Origin: Gekko japonicus
Taxonomy: Eukaryota
NCBI RefSeq assembly: GCF_001447785.1
Contig: NW_015165838.1
Span: 713,643-777,642, forward strand
Direction of reading: 5' to 3'
DNA: 64,000 nt
In this document: in pieces, positions 49,935 to 62,188 of the stretch
How positions within the stretch are numbered: the first letter of the stretch is position 1
Layout of the letters: each line of letters starts with the position of its first letter
Position numbers and translations under genes: made by a program
Notes under the pieces: model-generated
The model's database searches: none
What the model was told of the DNA's origin: nothing
Seen by the model: only the letters and a program-made list of their open reading frames with translations

Positions 49935-50670
49935 GTGTTAAGTGCTGTCATGTTGCTTCCAGCTGATGGTAATCCTGTGAATTAATGACCTCCAAAACAT
50001 CCTATCGTTAATAGCCTTGTGCAGGTCTTGCAAACTGAGAGAGATGGCTTCCTTGATTGATTGAATCAATCCATCTTGTGTTGCGTTTTCCTCTTATCCT
50101 GCTACGCTCTACTTTTCCTAGCATTATGGGTCTTTCCAATGAGTCTTCTCATAATGTGACCAAAGTACAATAGCCCCAGTCTAGGGAAATTTCAGGCTTG
50201 ATTTAATCTACAGCCCACTGATTTGTCTTTTTGGTGGTCCACGGCATCCATAAAATTCTCCTCCAACACCACATTTCAAAAGAATCAACTTTCTTCCTTT
50301 CAGCTTTCTTCGGCCCCTGCCACACGCAGGGGAAAAGGCGCTTGAAGGCGCGGCTTTTAAAAGCCGCGCCAATGTTGCGGGCCGGGGTTGAGCCGGCGCA
50401 GGGAAGCGGCGGCGATCAAACGCCCCGGTTGCCGCGCCGCTTCCCTTTAAACCACCTAGATAGGTGGTTTAGTTTGGCGCGGCTTATCCCGGGAAAGGGA
50501 CAGTTCGGCCACGGAAGCAAGACGCTTCCCAGATGTGGTGGTGTGATCGCGCCGGTTTGATCCGGCCCCGAACTGTCCCGCTCCCGGACCAAATAGCCGC
50601 GTGTGAACGGGACCTTCATTGTCCAGTTTTCACACCCATACTTAGTAACGGGGAATACTGTGGTATGAAT
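49935..50670 (-). mobile_element. Old RTE-clade LINE, 3' part (interrupted)
   Basis: Minus strand encodes YGCENWTMKKAERKKVDSFEMWCWRRILWMPWTTK once the MITE is removed; more diverged than the BovB copies. Confidence 0.8.
50312..50614. mobile_element. Harbinger-like MITE, CpG-rich
   Basis: Imperfect TIR GGCCCCTGCCACACGC...GCGTGTGAACGGGACC, 3-bp TSD TTC; removal restores the RTE frame. Confidence 0.8.
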
Positions 50671-50679
50671 TACCTTTCT

Positions 50680-53170
50680 CTTGGTCTGGCTGATTGGTTT
50701 TCAGTCCCCTTTCTAATAATCCCCAACATAGCAATTGCCTTTTTTTTATTACAGCCATACACTGAGTTGACATCTTCAGTGAGTATCTACCATGACTCCA
50801 AGATCTCTTTCCTGGTCAGTTACTTGTAGAGTTTCCTTTTGGGCACACTATTTCCACCCATAGTGTTTCTGTAAGTGAATCTGTTTCTCTTAATTCTCAG
50901 TTTTACTGGACTGTATATCCTCTGTGACATATAGAGCTACTCCACCTCCAACCATTCCCTTCCTGTCCTTTCAATATAATTTATATCCAGGAATCACTGT
51001 ATCCCACTGATTATCCTCCTCCCACAAAGTTTCTGAAATGCCCACAGTGTCTGTGTTCTTCTCTGACACTGCGCATTTCAGCTCCCCCTTTTAACCTTGA
51101 ACATTTCCAGCATTTGTATATAAACATCTGTAATATCCCAGATGGTTTCGCATAGGAAAAGGAGTACGACAAGGATGTATATTGTCGCCTTGCTTATTTA
51201 ATATATATGCAGAGTACATCATGCGAAATGCTGGCCTAGATGAATCACAAGCAGGAATTAAGATTGCGGGGGAAAAGATCAACAACCTCAGATATGCAGA
51301 CGATACCACTCTGATGGCAGAAAGTGAAGAGGACCTCAAGAGCCTCTTGCTCAGGGTAAAAGAGGAGAGCGCAAAAGTGGGCTTGAAGCTCAACATCAAA
51401 AAAACTAAGATCATGGCATCCGGCCCCATGACTCCTTGGCAAATAGAAGGGGAAGTCGTGGAAGTAGTGACAGACTTCACGTTCCTGGGATCCCAGATCA
51501 CCGCAGACTGTGACAGCAGTCATGAAATTAAAAGACGCCTGCTCCTTGGGAGGAAAGCGATGGCGAACCTAAACAGCATGATAAAAAGTAGAGACATCAC
51601 CCTGCCAACAAAAGTCCGCATGGTCAAAGCAATGGTATTCCCAGTAGTCATGTATGGCTGCGAGAGTTGGACTATAAGGAAGGCCGAGCGCAGAAGAATA
51701 GATTCTTTTGAACTATGGTGCTGGAGAAGACTCTTGAGAGTCCCTTGGACTGCAAGAAGAACAAATCAGTCAGTCCTCAAAGAAATCAACCCTGACTGTT
51801 CCCTGGAAGGCCAGATAATGAAACTGAAGCTAAAATACTTTGGCCACCAAATGAGAAGGGAGCACTCACTGGAGAAGACCCTGATGCTGGGAAAGATTGA
51901 AGGTCAAAGAAGACGGGGACGGCAAAGGATGAGATGGTTAGACAGTGTCATCGATGCAACGAACATGAAGTTGAGCAAACTTCAGAGGATGGCGGAAGAC
52001 CGGAAGGCCTGGAGGGAGCTGGTCCATGGGGTCGCAAAGAGTCGGACTCGACTGTGCGACTGAACAACAACAACAATATCCCAGACACATTAGGCCTGTA
52101 ACCTTCCTCCTGTGGCCTCTAGACTTTGTCAGGCAGTCAATATTGTTTGTCACCTTCTCAGTGACCAGTCCTAATCCACTTCCCTCTAGAACTCTTAACA
52201 GCTACCCCTTCATCTCTTAGAGATGAGTGATCCTGAACCAGAGACATTTCATCTCCTGTTGGCTTTGCCACCTTTTTTGATTTTAAGCACTAGCAGGCTG
52301 GTTCCTTCTTAGGACAAGTGGAGGCCATCTCTTTTGTACAGGTCCTGCTTGCTCCAGAAAGTATCCCAGTGCCTAACAAGCTTAAATCCTTCCTCCCTAC
52401 ACTATCATCTCAACCATGCATTGAGACTCCTAATTTATGCCTGTTTAGCTGGCCTTGTGCCTAGAACAGGCAGCACTTCAGAGAAGGCTACCTTGGAGGT
52501 CCTGGTCTTGAGTCTCCTGCTGAGCAGTCTAAATTTTTCCTACAGGACCACACAGCTATATTTCTCCAGATTGTTGGAGCCAATATGTACTGTGACCACT
52601 GGCTCCTCCCCAGCACAATCTGCCAGCCTATCTAGACCACGCATAATGTCTGCTGCCTTAGCACCAGACAGGTAAGTCACCATGTGGTCCATACGCTGGT
52701 TCACAACCCATCTGTCTACATGCCTAAGGATCGAATCATCAACTACCAAGTGCCTCCTTCAACCCTGCCCAGGGATGGGTCCTTGGTACAAAAGGATTCC
52801 TGTTCACCAACTATAGAATGGATCCCCTCTGAGGGAACATTTCCCCTTTTTTCAGCACAGTGCCCTGTTTCCCCTTGAACCTCATGCTACCTTACAGCGG
52901 CGGGGCTGCCATTCTCAGAGTGGGAGATGTCTAACAAGTTCCCGAGAGTCTTATCCATGTGCCTAACTGACTATTTCAGCTTCTCTAGGTCAGCCACCTT
53001 GGCCTTGAGGGTGCGAACTCGCTCCCTCAGAATCAGGAGCTCCTTGCACCGAACACATGCCACTGACTTCTGTCCAGTTGGAAGATACTCATACATGTTG
53101 TACTCAGTGCAATACATTGGATTGCCCCCAATCCCCTGCTGGCATTCTACCTTCATAATTGCTTTTTTTT
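50680..53170 (-). mobile_element. CR1 LINE with ORF1 and endonuclease start, internally deleted and interrupted by BovB
   Basis: ORF1 zinc-finger/leucine-zipper (CTEYNMY...CVRCKELLILRERV) and esterase-like segments (VVDDSILRH, VHIGSNN); ORF2 start CLYTNA...GISET; late-RT piece KRSWSHGR/ANAMLG-like at 50700-50820. Confidence 0.85.
51143..52074 (+). mobile_element. Young 5'-truncated BovB LINE with uninterrupted RT C-terminal frame
   Basis: GVRQGCILSPCLFN...LRYADDTTL...RTRLCD stop, (CAA)n tail, 11-bp TSD AATATCCCAGA (51132-51142 and 52075-52085). Confidence 0.97.
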
Positions 53171-53260
53171 AAAAAATCCCCCTTTTAATAAAATTTTCCA
53201 TTTATGTAGATTTGTTTGTGGAAAGTATTACTCTTTTTAGGGACATGGAGAGACTAGTGC

Positions 53261-53507
53261 ATTGACTCTAATCTGGGAGAACCGGGTTTGATTCCCCACT
53301 CCTCCACTTGCACCTGGCTGGATGAACTTGGGCAAGCCATAGTTCTGGCACAGCTGTTCTTAAAAAAGAGCAGTTTCTGTCAGAGCTCTCTCAGCCCCAC
53401 CTACCTCACAGGGTATCTGTTGTGGGAAGGGAAAGGAGTTTGTAAGCCACTCTGAGACACCTTTGGGTAGTGAAGGGCGGGGTATAAATCCAATCTCTTC
53501 TTCTTCT
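53261..53507 (+). mobile_element. Squam3-like SINE, slightly 5'-truncated
   Basis: Near-identical to the 22398 copy; CTAGTGC on both flanks. Confidence 0.88.
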
Positions 53508-53588
53508 AGTGCCCTAGTTTCCTCACCCAGCTGCTTAACTCGCACTTCCGCTAAACCCGCCTGTTTATTCCCTTGTTCCAGACAGTTT

Positions 53589-53873
53589 GGGTGATTTCCC
53601 ACAAGTGCTGCTCCACGCTCACTCCTCCCTTTTGCCCCGATGGTACGTGTCAATTTCACACAAGCTGCTGCGCGGCCGCATTTTGCCCCGCAGCTTTGTG
53701 CTATTTTCCCCGCGTCTACTCAATCCTCAAAAAACAGGATTGAGTAGACACGGGGAAAATCGCACAAAGCTGCGGGGCAAAATGCGGTCGTGCAGCAGCT
53801 TGTGTGAAATTGACACGTACCATCGGGCCACAGAAAAGAGTGAGCGTGGAGCAGCACTTGTGGGAAATCACCC
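53589..53873. mobile_element. Palindromic (fold-back) MITE
   Basis: Arms 53589-53727 and 53736-53873 are near-perfect reverse complements around an 8-nt loop; AGTTT on both flanks. Confidence 0.9.
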
Positions 53874-53897
53874 AGTTTGTCACTGGAGTTGGGACAC

Positions 53898-54000
53898 TTG
53901 TTCACTGTGATGTCATCTGTGTATCTCAAATTCTTAATATTTCTTCCACCAATTTTCACCCCACTTTCATCTAAATCTAATCCATTTTTCCTTGTGTTCT
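53898..54000 (-). mobile_element. Old RTE-clade LINE, RT fragment
   Basis: GVKIGGRNIKNLRYTDDIT (degenerate YADD), same strand as and upstream of 49935-50670. Confidence 0.75.
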
Positions 54001-54068
54001 GGATAAAGATTGAAGAGATAAGAAAATAAAATATATAGCACTGAGGAAAAAAGCTAACTTCAAGCCTA

Positions 54069-54295
54069 AGGTAAAGGTTCCCTTGATTGAAAGCCAGTTG
54101 AATCCGACTCTAGGGTTGCGGTGCTCATCTCCGTTTCAAAGCCGAAGAGCCAGCGCTGTCCGAAGACGTTTCCGTGGTCGTGTGGCCAGCATGACTAAAC
54201 ACCAAGGCGCACGGAACGCTGTTATCTTCCCATTGAAGTGGTACCTATTTATCTACTTGCAATTTCTTGCTTTCGAACTGCTAGGTTGGTAGGAG
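54069..54295 (-). mobile_element. Sauria SINE, 5'-truncated
   Basis: Matches the 3' two-thirds of the other copies; 13-bp TSD AACTTCAAGCCTA (54056-54068 and 54296-54308). Confidence 0.92.
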
Positions 54296-54885
54296 AACTT
54301 CAAGCCTAGATATCTGTAATTTTCCATGAATTGGCTGGGAATACATCCCATTGATACCTGTGGATTTTAGTTGTGAGAAGGTACTTTACAGAGTTCAGTC
54401 TAAAAACTAGAGAGAGATTAATGCATGTAGTTAAAACATCTTAATGCTGTGGGAAATCTAAATGTCGTACCATAATTTAAATTCACTGTTAGTTCTAACA
54501 TGAAAGGATGAGGCACTCTGATTGCGAAGATTTTCTAAAGTCTTACTACAATCTGAATGACTGCACCTGCTTTTACAAATAATCCTTTAACACTGCATAG
54601 ATTGTAGGCAGTCTTTTGTTTTTCTGCTGTAAAGAGATCATTATGTATAACAGCATTCACAGCTATATATACTGTATTTCTTGCATGACTTTGTAGGCTT
54701 GTGTGTGTAATGATGTAGGAGAATATGGTGTTTTCTAAAAATGGAAGAGTTTTAATGCAGAGTTTGTACCAGCTTTGCTTTCTGAAAATTAAGCACCTTA
54801 TATCTACTTAAAATATGCCATATAAAGGGAAAAATACCTTTCTAGACTAGTTACCTTGAAAGGAATTTCCAAAGTACCAAACAAC

Positions 54886-55269
54886 CAGGGCTATTTTTGG
54901 GCAGGAACGGAGTTCCGGTTGGCTCCCAAGTTGGCCATGCCCAGCAGGAACTCATTAGCATAATAGGCCACACCCAACAGCAGAAACTCATTAGGATTGG
55001 CTACATTAGGGGTGTGTGGCCTAACATGCAAAGGAGTTCCTGCTACAAAAAAAGGCCCTGGGTTTTGACAACAAACAAGGTAAACAGAATAACAAGCAAA
55101 AGGTGGGTGTGGCTGGATGACCACACTTCTGGTAACATGGGGGTGCAGCCTAATGTGCTAATGAGCTGTGCTGTCAGGGTGTGGCTTAATATGCTAATGA
55201 GTTTGCTGTTGGGTGTGGCCTATTATGCTAATCAGTTCCTGCTGGGCTTTTTCTACAAAAAGAGCCCTG
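54886..55269. mobile_element. hAT MITE (Oct/KLF-motif family), composite
   Basis: TIR CAGGGCTATTTTTG...CAAAAAGAGCCCTG, perfect TSD CAAACAAC (54878-54885 and 55270-55277), extra internal end AAAAAGGCCCTG near 55060. Confidence 0.9.
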
Positions 55270-58200
55270 CAAACAACATTCATATATTGATTTTCATTGG
55301 AATATGTGAATGGACCCCTCACCTCCAGCATGATTGGATCCCATACCTTTAAGGAAAGAGGTGTGTGTATGTGTGAAATTTCCATTTGTAATAATAAGGA
55401 AAATCTCTTGATTGTCTCCATGTATCATAAAGGGATATAGGTTTTCTGCTTTTTCATTGTACTTGAGAATAGAAGGAAATGTATCTGATTGGGCAAACTA
55501 ATCACTTGAGAGGTTTACAGATTTTCAGATACAGTAGCTTTTTAAAAATACATTAATGTTTACAGCAAACATACTTTATTGTAAATTTAAACTGATAACT
55601 GGATAATTACTTCTGAAGGAAAAGGGGTGTGTGGAAACAGTGACTAGTTATTAGGCCGTGCTCATATAAGTGGGTGGGATTTCAGAGTTGGATGTTTGTG
55701 TTCCAGAGCTGTTCAGAAATCTTTTGGGAAGCAAGGCCAGGAGTGCTAGCTTTAGTACAGTTTGATTTTGACCAAACCAAAGTAGAGCAAAAAAAAAAGG
55801 ACAACCCAAAATCATCTTCTAACAGCAGAAGGGCACTTATTTTGTGCAAGCAGTATGTGTTGTTGTTTTGCTGATTCCTTCTTACCCCTGTAGACTCCTA
55901 CCTTATTCCTTATGCTGTTCCCAGGGGCCCACCAGCCCCCAGGAATTATACTTCAGGCAGCAGTGGCAAAGGAGAGGATAGAAATTTGAGAAAATTCCTT
56001 AACTATCTAGAGGTGGGGATTGGTGAATAGTAGGTCTGCTTTGTTGAATTTCATATTGCAAACAGAATGCGTGCAGTTTAATAGTAATATAAAAGCCTTC
56101 AGTGTGGCTTGAAAATATTGCCTTGCTTTTTATTGAAATATAAAATTGTTTCAGTAACAAAGTAACATCTGGCAAGGGAGCTCAGAAATAAAATGTGCCA
56201 GCCAGGTGTTCATTTTTTATGGAAAGAAGTCAAATCTCTGTCCTTGCCCCATATACATGTGTAATTGCAAACCAATCTACTTCTTCTCATTGTAGTTTTC
56301 CCCCCTCTTACTCCTCCTCCCTTTCATAAATAGTTCACCCTTCCTTTGGGGAAAGTAGAGCTCTGAGTCTTCTAGGGATTTGATTTCAGTGTGTAAGAGG
56401 CTGATAAGGTGGGATTGAAATAGCACTGGCATACAAAATCTCAAGCATGTTAAAAGCACCTGCACATGTACCATTCAGGTTGTATTTTGATCTAGGAAAA
56501 GGAGGGGGGAAATGCTTCATGTGGCTGTTCATTTATAATGGAAATGGAGGTGTAATGTTTTGCTGTGAATGAAGGTAGGATGTGCTTGCACAGTTTGACC
56601 AGAAGTTCAGATTCTGTACACTTTCTTTTAAGCACACCTGTTTTCAATCCTAGTTTTATATTTGAAACATTTAGAGACATTGTTTTCCTTTGTTGACTCA
56701 AGTAATCAACATTGCACATGTTGCAGAAAGGACCTTTCAGTTTTGTCTCATAGCTGCAAGAGGTATCCAGAAAAGAGGTGTATGTTGTGCTTGAAATTCT
56801 TTGTATTCTATTTGTTCCAGAGAAAAGATGATGTAGAAATATATGCAGAGGACAACAACGAGAGTAACTGAGGCACTGGCTGAAACTTCTTCCGTGAATT
56901 TTTACTTAATTATTTTATTTCCAAAATGTGAATCTTTAAATTCTGTTTATTAAATAGTTTCTGTAGTATGGATTTAGATGTTACTTCAGCCTGTTATGGC
57001 TCTAAGGTTTTTGTTGGTATGTTTGTTTTTACTATTCGCTAACAGCCTTTTTTATTTTATTTACTTGAGGTAAAAATGTATTATTTGCAAACATTTCTTT
57101 TTTCATCAAAATATGATTTTCTGACTAGTTAATTCAGCCAGGTTCATGTAAATAGGACTGAAATCTATATAGTGGTTTTTGTTCCTGTCAGAAACAAAAA
57201 TGTGCATAAGTGATCATTCTCTGTGTATACCAGTACACAAAACAGGAATAACAGTGTTTAGTTTGTTTTTTACTAGAATACTTACAATTTAAAAAATTGC
57301 GCACACTTTTGGAGAGTGCTAGCAGAATCACTGAATTGTTCTTGGCATTTAAAGAAGGAATTTGAAGACTTAAGCTGCAGAGCTAAGGACACTTTCTTGG
57401 GCCTAAGCCTTAATGAATAACATTGTGTTTTTGAGGCGATCTGGTTTGGATTACTCCCTCATTCGGAGACCTTTTTGAAAGAAAATCAGTTTCTGTTCAC
57501 AAACATCGTATTCTATATCTCCCCCTTTAAAAACTATTTGTCAAATCTCCAAATTATATGTTATGCTTTTAGAGTTCAAACAAAATATGGAACATAGGTG
57601 TTAATTTTTTTTTTTAAAAAAAATATTTTTTAAAATGTATTTTTAAAGCCAACCTGTGGTAGAAATTCTGTATTGTCCATCATATAAAGCACACAGTTAT
57701 GCCAAATGGTTCTAAAAGAATTTTAACATTTTCCATGCATGTTGTATTCATGACTTAAGTCTCCCATTCCATGGTATTTTGTGTTTGCTGGCAAAAAAAC
57801 AGTCGTGGAATACTATAATTCCGCAGACTGTGGTGAAAACTGACAAGGATTAGGTGAAATAATTTTGCTGCTGTTGGCTGTTCCTCACAGCTTTCCCACA
57901 GGCAGGCACAGGGCTGCTATTCACTGAGGGGGTAGCTCAAATGCGCATGGAAGTAAAGAACGGCAGTGTTGTTTGCTATAGCCCGGAAGGAAGTGAATAC
58001 TGAAGTGTTTCTTTCTTGCCAGTGACTGAATAGAAGGGTGGCAATGAAAAGAGAATTCTTCTAAAGTGAAATACAAACAGTGTCAAGCATTTAAGTAACA
58101 AAGGGAGATGATTTGTTGCTTTCTAAAGAACATGTGGAATTCTTCAGGTACAGCTATAGCAATAGAACATTCCTGATACATAGACCGAAAGAGCACAACA

Positions 58201-59329
58201 ATGGGTCTATCCTGCAAAGTTACAAATCTGGCACCTTGATTATCATTGGAGTTCCAGACCATAGCTGGTGTGGTACAGCGCAGAATAAAGCCATTGTTAC
58301 TGCTTGTCCTCTTGGCACACAAGTGTTTTTATCCTTCCCTTCCCCTTCCCAATTGCATAAGTTACTAAAATATAATTAAATGCTGGACCCTCACTTATTT
58401 ATTAAATGTCATCAAAATATAATATAGTATGAGAATTATAACAATGATTTTCTCTTTCTGTGCGCTTTGTACTTAAGATCAGTAACACTTTCTTAACAGT
58501 TTCTGCTGTTCATCGTAGGATGAGGAGTTAATTGTGGTACTACTGTTTATAGATTAGATGTTTCTGTTCTGGAGTTTAATTTGTGGGTGTTCTTCATTCT
58601 ACTAAAAAATCAAATTGTTGACTAGATATAGCAAAACTGAAATTTGAGTGGGATGGCACAGATGTAACTTCAACCTTATTAACTAAAGTTTTGAAGCACT
58701 TTGTACTACATGTTTGTGTATTCTCTGAGCTTGCTGTGTGTGTGAAGAAAGGTAGTATATAAATATTTTAATAACTATTCTGCAAATGTGTATATTAGTG
58801 AAGACAGACTGTATGTGGAATGAATGAGCCAAGAAATAAATAACTGGTGGTTTTAACTTATTTTAACTTAAACAGCATCCCCTCTGTCTTACCTGCTTCA
58901 GTTTTAGATTGTTTTCCCTTGCCACCAGCCTAGGATGGAAACAACCACTTCTGGAGACTTATTTATATAACTGGAGACTTATTTATATAACTAGTTATGT
59001 GTTATTAGTATGCTGATCATATATAACCACAGAGCTTCGAATGATCTCATTTAGTGGCTTTTAAACAGACATTTAAACGCATTGGGGATAACATGAATCC
59101 TTGTGGGACCCCACAAAATAAGTCTCAAACAGCAGATTTTGCATTGTTGTTATTCTCTGTATGGTCAGTTAGAAAAGACTGGAATCATTTGAGTGCTGCT
59201 CTCTGAACACCCAACCTAATTTCTAAGTATTTTAACAAGGTTAGATGTCCACTGTATCAAAAAACCCCACAAAAAAGATACAATCACACAGATTAATGAA
59301 TTTTCCTGATTCATTTATAAGTGGAAATC

Positions 59330-60650
59330 ATCTACCAGAACAACTAAAATGGCCTTCATTCCATAACCAGGTGCTTAAGTCAGATAGAAATGGGTGAAGG
59401 GCAGATGTGTTGTCTGGGAAGGTCTATAGTTCCCTCACCATCTGTTCGGTTGCTTCACCTAGGAGGGGTAGATCAAATACAGTCCTATAGCCAGCTAGAA
59501 TCTTCTCATCTGCAAACCCCCAGCATGGGTTCAAATCAGCCATTTTAAGAGGCTTTGAGAAAATTCCCTCAGTCAGGGAAGCATTCTTAGGCTTGTTTTT
59601 AGATACCTTAAACAGTGACTTAGGAAAAGGATTTAATTTGCAGGTGGTAGCTTTCACAATTCCTAGGATCCTTTCAGCATTCATCAAGGAAATCCTTCCC
59701 AACTGTTCATACCAGAATGCAGGGGTCTTGTTGTAGAAAAAGAGCTGCCGAAGCTCATTAGCATAACTCATTAGCATAACTTATTTGCATATGCCACGCC
59801 CCCTGACATCACCGGAAGTGACAGAAGGCCACACCCCCTGACATCACCGGAAGTGTGTCAGAAGGCCCGGCTACTTACCCTCCTGCTTCATCCTCATTCC
59901 CAAACGGAATGAGGATCGAAGCAGAGGGCGGGGTAAAGAAGGGGGCGGGGCTTCACCACGTGACCGCCCCGCCCCCTAGAGGTTCTCTTCCGGAGCTCCG
60001 TACCTGAGAGCTCCCCCCCGACTAGAGCCCTGCCAGAATGTGTTTTTGACGTCTCTGGTAATGTAATTGTATTCAGATTGACATCTAAAAATATCTCTAC
60101 TCTGATCCATTTATCACCAAAGATGCAGGCAAAATAATCACAGTTAATTGCCAGCTGATTATCAGTTTTGGGGTCATCCTAATTATTCTAAGCAGTTGAA
60201 ATGGACATGATTCAGTTGGCATGATGGTAGTAGAGGAAAAATAAGTTTTTTAACAACTATCACTGTTATCTCATAGGCCTTCAGATGGACCGTTTTGCAG
60301 GCTCTGTCACCACTGTGGCTCACATCATCTCTCTGTTTTCTTCATCTCCCCCAGCTCTTTGGTAAGCCAATAAACTTGAGTCTAGAGAGGCAGAAAAAAG
60401 GTGCCAGGGAGCATCTCTGTCACCTCAGGTATCACAATGTCAAGCGCCAATCAAGGATTCGCAGAGACTGGAAGCCATCTAGATCCATAAGTTGCCATTT
60501 TAATTGGGTTCACGCCTTTTGGGATTTGGTGGTCACAAAACCAGCTGTGCCTTTAAGAGGAAGTGATTAACCAGGACAAAAGCTTTGGACCCATAATAAT
60601 CCAGGTCAGCCACATGAGGTACTCAGGTTAGGTAGACAAGACCATCTCTG
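59330..60650 (-). mobile_element. Old L2 ORF2 fragment (boundaries approximate)
   Basis: KATTCKLNPFP...SLTEGIFSKPLKMA...YRTVFDLPLLGE parallels PTTCGLDPCP...SLSEGRFPEALKEA...YWPVSNLLYLGK of the 63020 L2. Confidence 0.65.
59720..60032. mobile_element. hAT MITE (Oct/KLF/ETS-motif family) nested in L2
   Basis: Ends CAGGGGTC...GAGCCCTG, perfect TSD CCAGAATG (59712-59719 and 60033-60040). Confidence 0.9.
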
Positions 60651-62172
60651 TATGATAATTGAAACTGTGCAGAATACTGAGCACTGGCAGCTTCTGCATC
60701 AAGCCTCCCTGTCCCAGCTCACCTGCTGATAAGCTAGATGGATCAGGGAGCAACTCAGCAATATTAATAGCTAGGCCCTGGAGACAGCACAATCAGAAGT
60801 GGCCTCTGTTCATACCAGGAGCCTGTGAAAGAAGGAACACTTGTGGTGGATCTTCACTAACCACATGCTTTTGGAGACAGTATTGTTGGTGGAAGTGCTG
60901 ATTCCATGGCTTGGGTGAGAAGTCGAACCTGAGTCTTCTAGATACTAGTCCAGCACCCTTAACCACTACACCACACTGGCCCTCTTTATTGGGTCATCTT
61001 GATGACAAGATTGGTAGTCTTGTCCTTCATAGCCAAGAAAGCTAGGGAGCACAAATTCGCTTCGGATTGCATATTGTTTTCAAAAACTTAGCTAGTTGAA
61101 AAGGAAGTAGATATTGGGCCCTCTCCAACCTGTCTCTGGCAGTGTTCATTACAGTAACTTTATTTGCCCTTAGCAGAAACTTGGTACAAGTTAATTCTGC
61201 ACTATAAGAACAAACAGTGATGCTTCATGCAGAGTCTAAAGTGAACACTGCATCTACAATTTTGTGTTCAAGTATTTCAATAATCTATTTTTCAAATTAC
61301 ACATTAATTTGACTTTTTGGTTGGCAATTTTGGCAGTCTTTATTTAACATTAAGAGAAGTGGGGCTTGTCCCATTAAATTTTATCAACATTCCCTATTGA
61401 ACAAATAACATCTTAAGCTTCCTGCCAGATGTCCTCCTGTGCTTCATATTTGCAAATAACAGAGATAAGCCAATTAACTTGGTGATATTTATAGTATGTA
61501 TTCAATGTGAGTCCTAAAACACTGATGGTTAAATAGTTCTATTTTAAAATTGCTGGAAAATATAATCTTATGTTTAAGTAGTGACCTTTTTACATTTAAT
61601 GTCTGACAAATGATATACGGGTCAGTGAAAATTAAGTCAATTAATATATGATTAATTTCACACTATTGCTGATTTATTTTCGGACTGTACTACTGTCTGT
61701 CTGCCAGCCTGTTATGCAGTGTGTGATTTTTTTCTGCCCCCTAACAACCTGTAATTATAGGTGTGAAATCAGTATAGATGTTAAGGGAAAAAGCAAAAAG
61801 CAGGACAGGTTTTACAAAGATTATTTTTATGATCTTGAATGAAATTTGTGCACATCCAATCAAGAAACTTCAGCTAAAGATACACAACAGTGTCAAGAGG
61901 TAATATCAGTCATCTTTGAGAAACCTTTAGAAAATCATTGACGCTTTGGTGTACTAGATTTGAAAACAAGTTCTGTTGACAAAGGTGACTCTAAAAGTCT
62001 GTCTGATTTGAATTCCTGAGAGGTTAATATGAGTAAACGAAACAGTCAGTTTTGTATTCCTTCTGTCTTAGATATATACAGGTCATGCTAAACGAGCCTG
62101 ATATATTAGCCAGGTTACTGTGTATTGGGAATATTGTTGATATGATCCTCTTTCTTATGCTTCAGGTGACCC

Positions 62173-62188
62173 GGGGGGGGGGGGGGGG
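62173..62188 (+). repeat. G16 homopolymer
   Basis: Seen directly. Confidence 0.9.
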
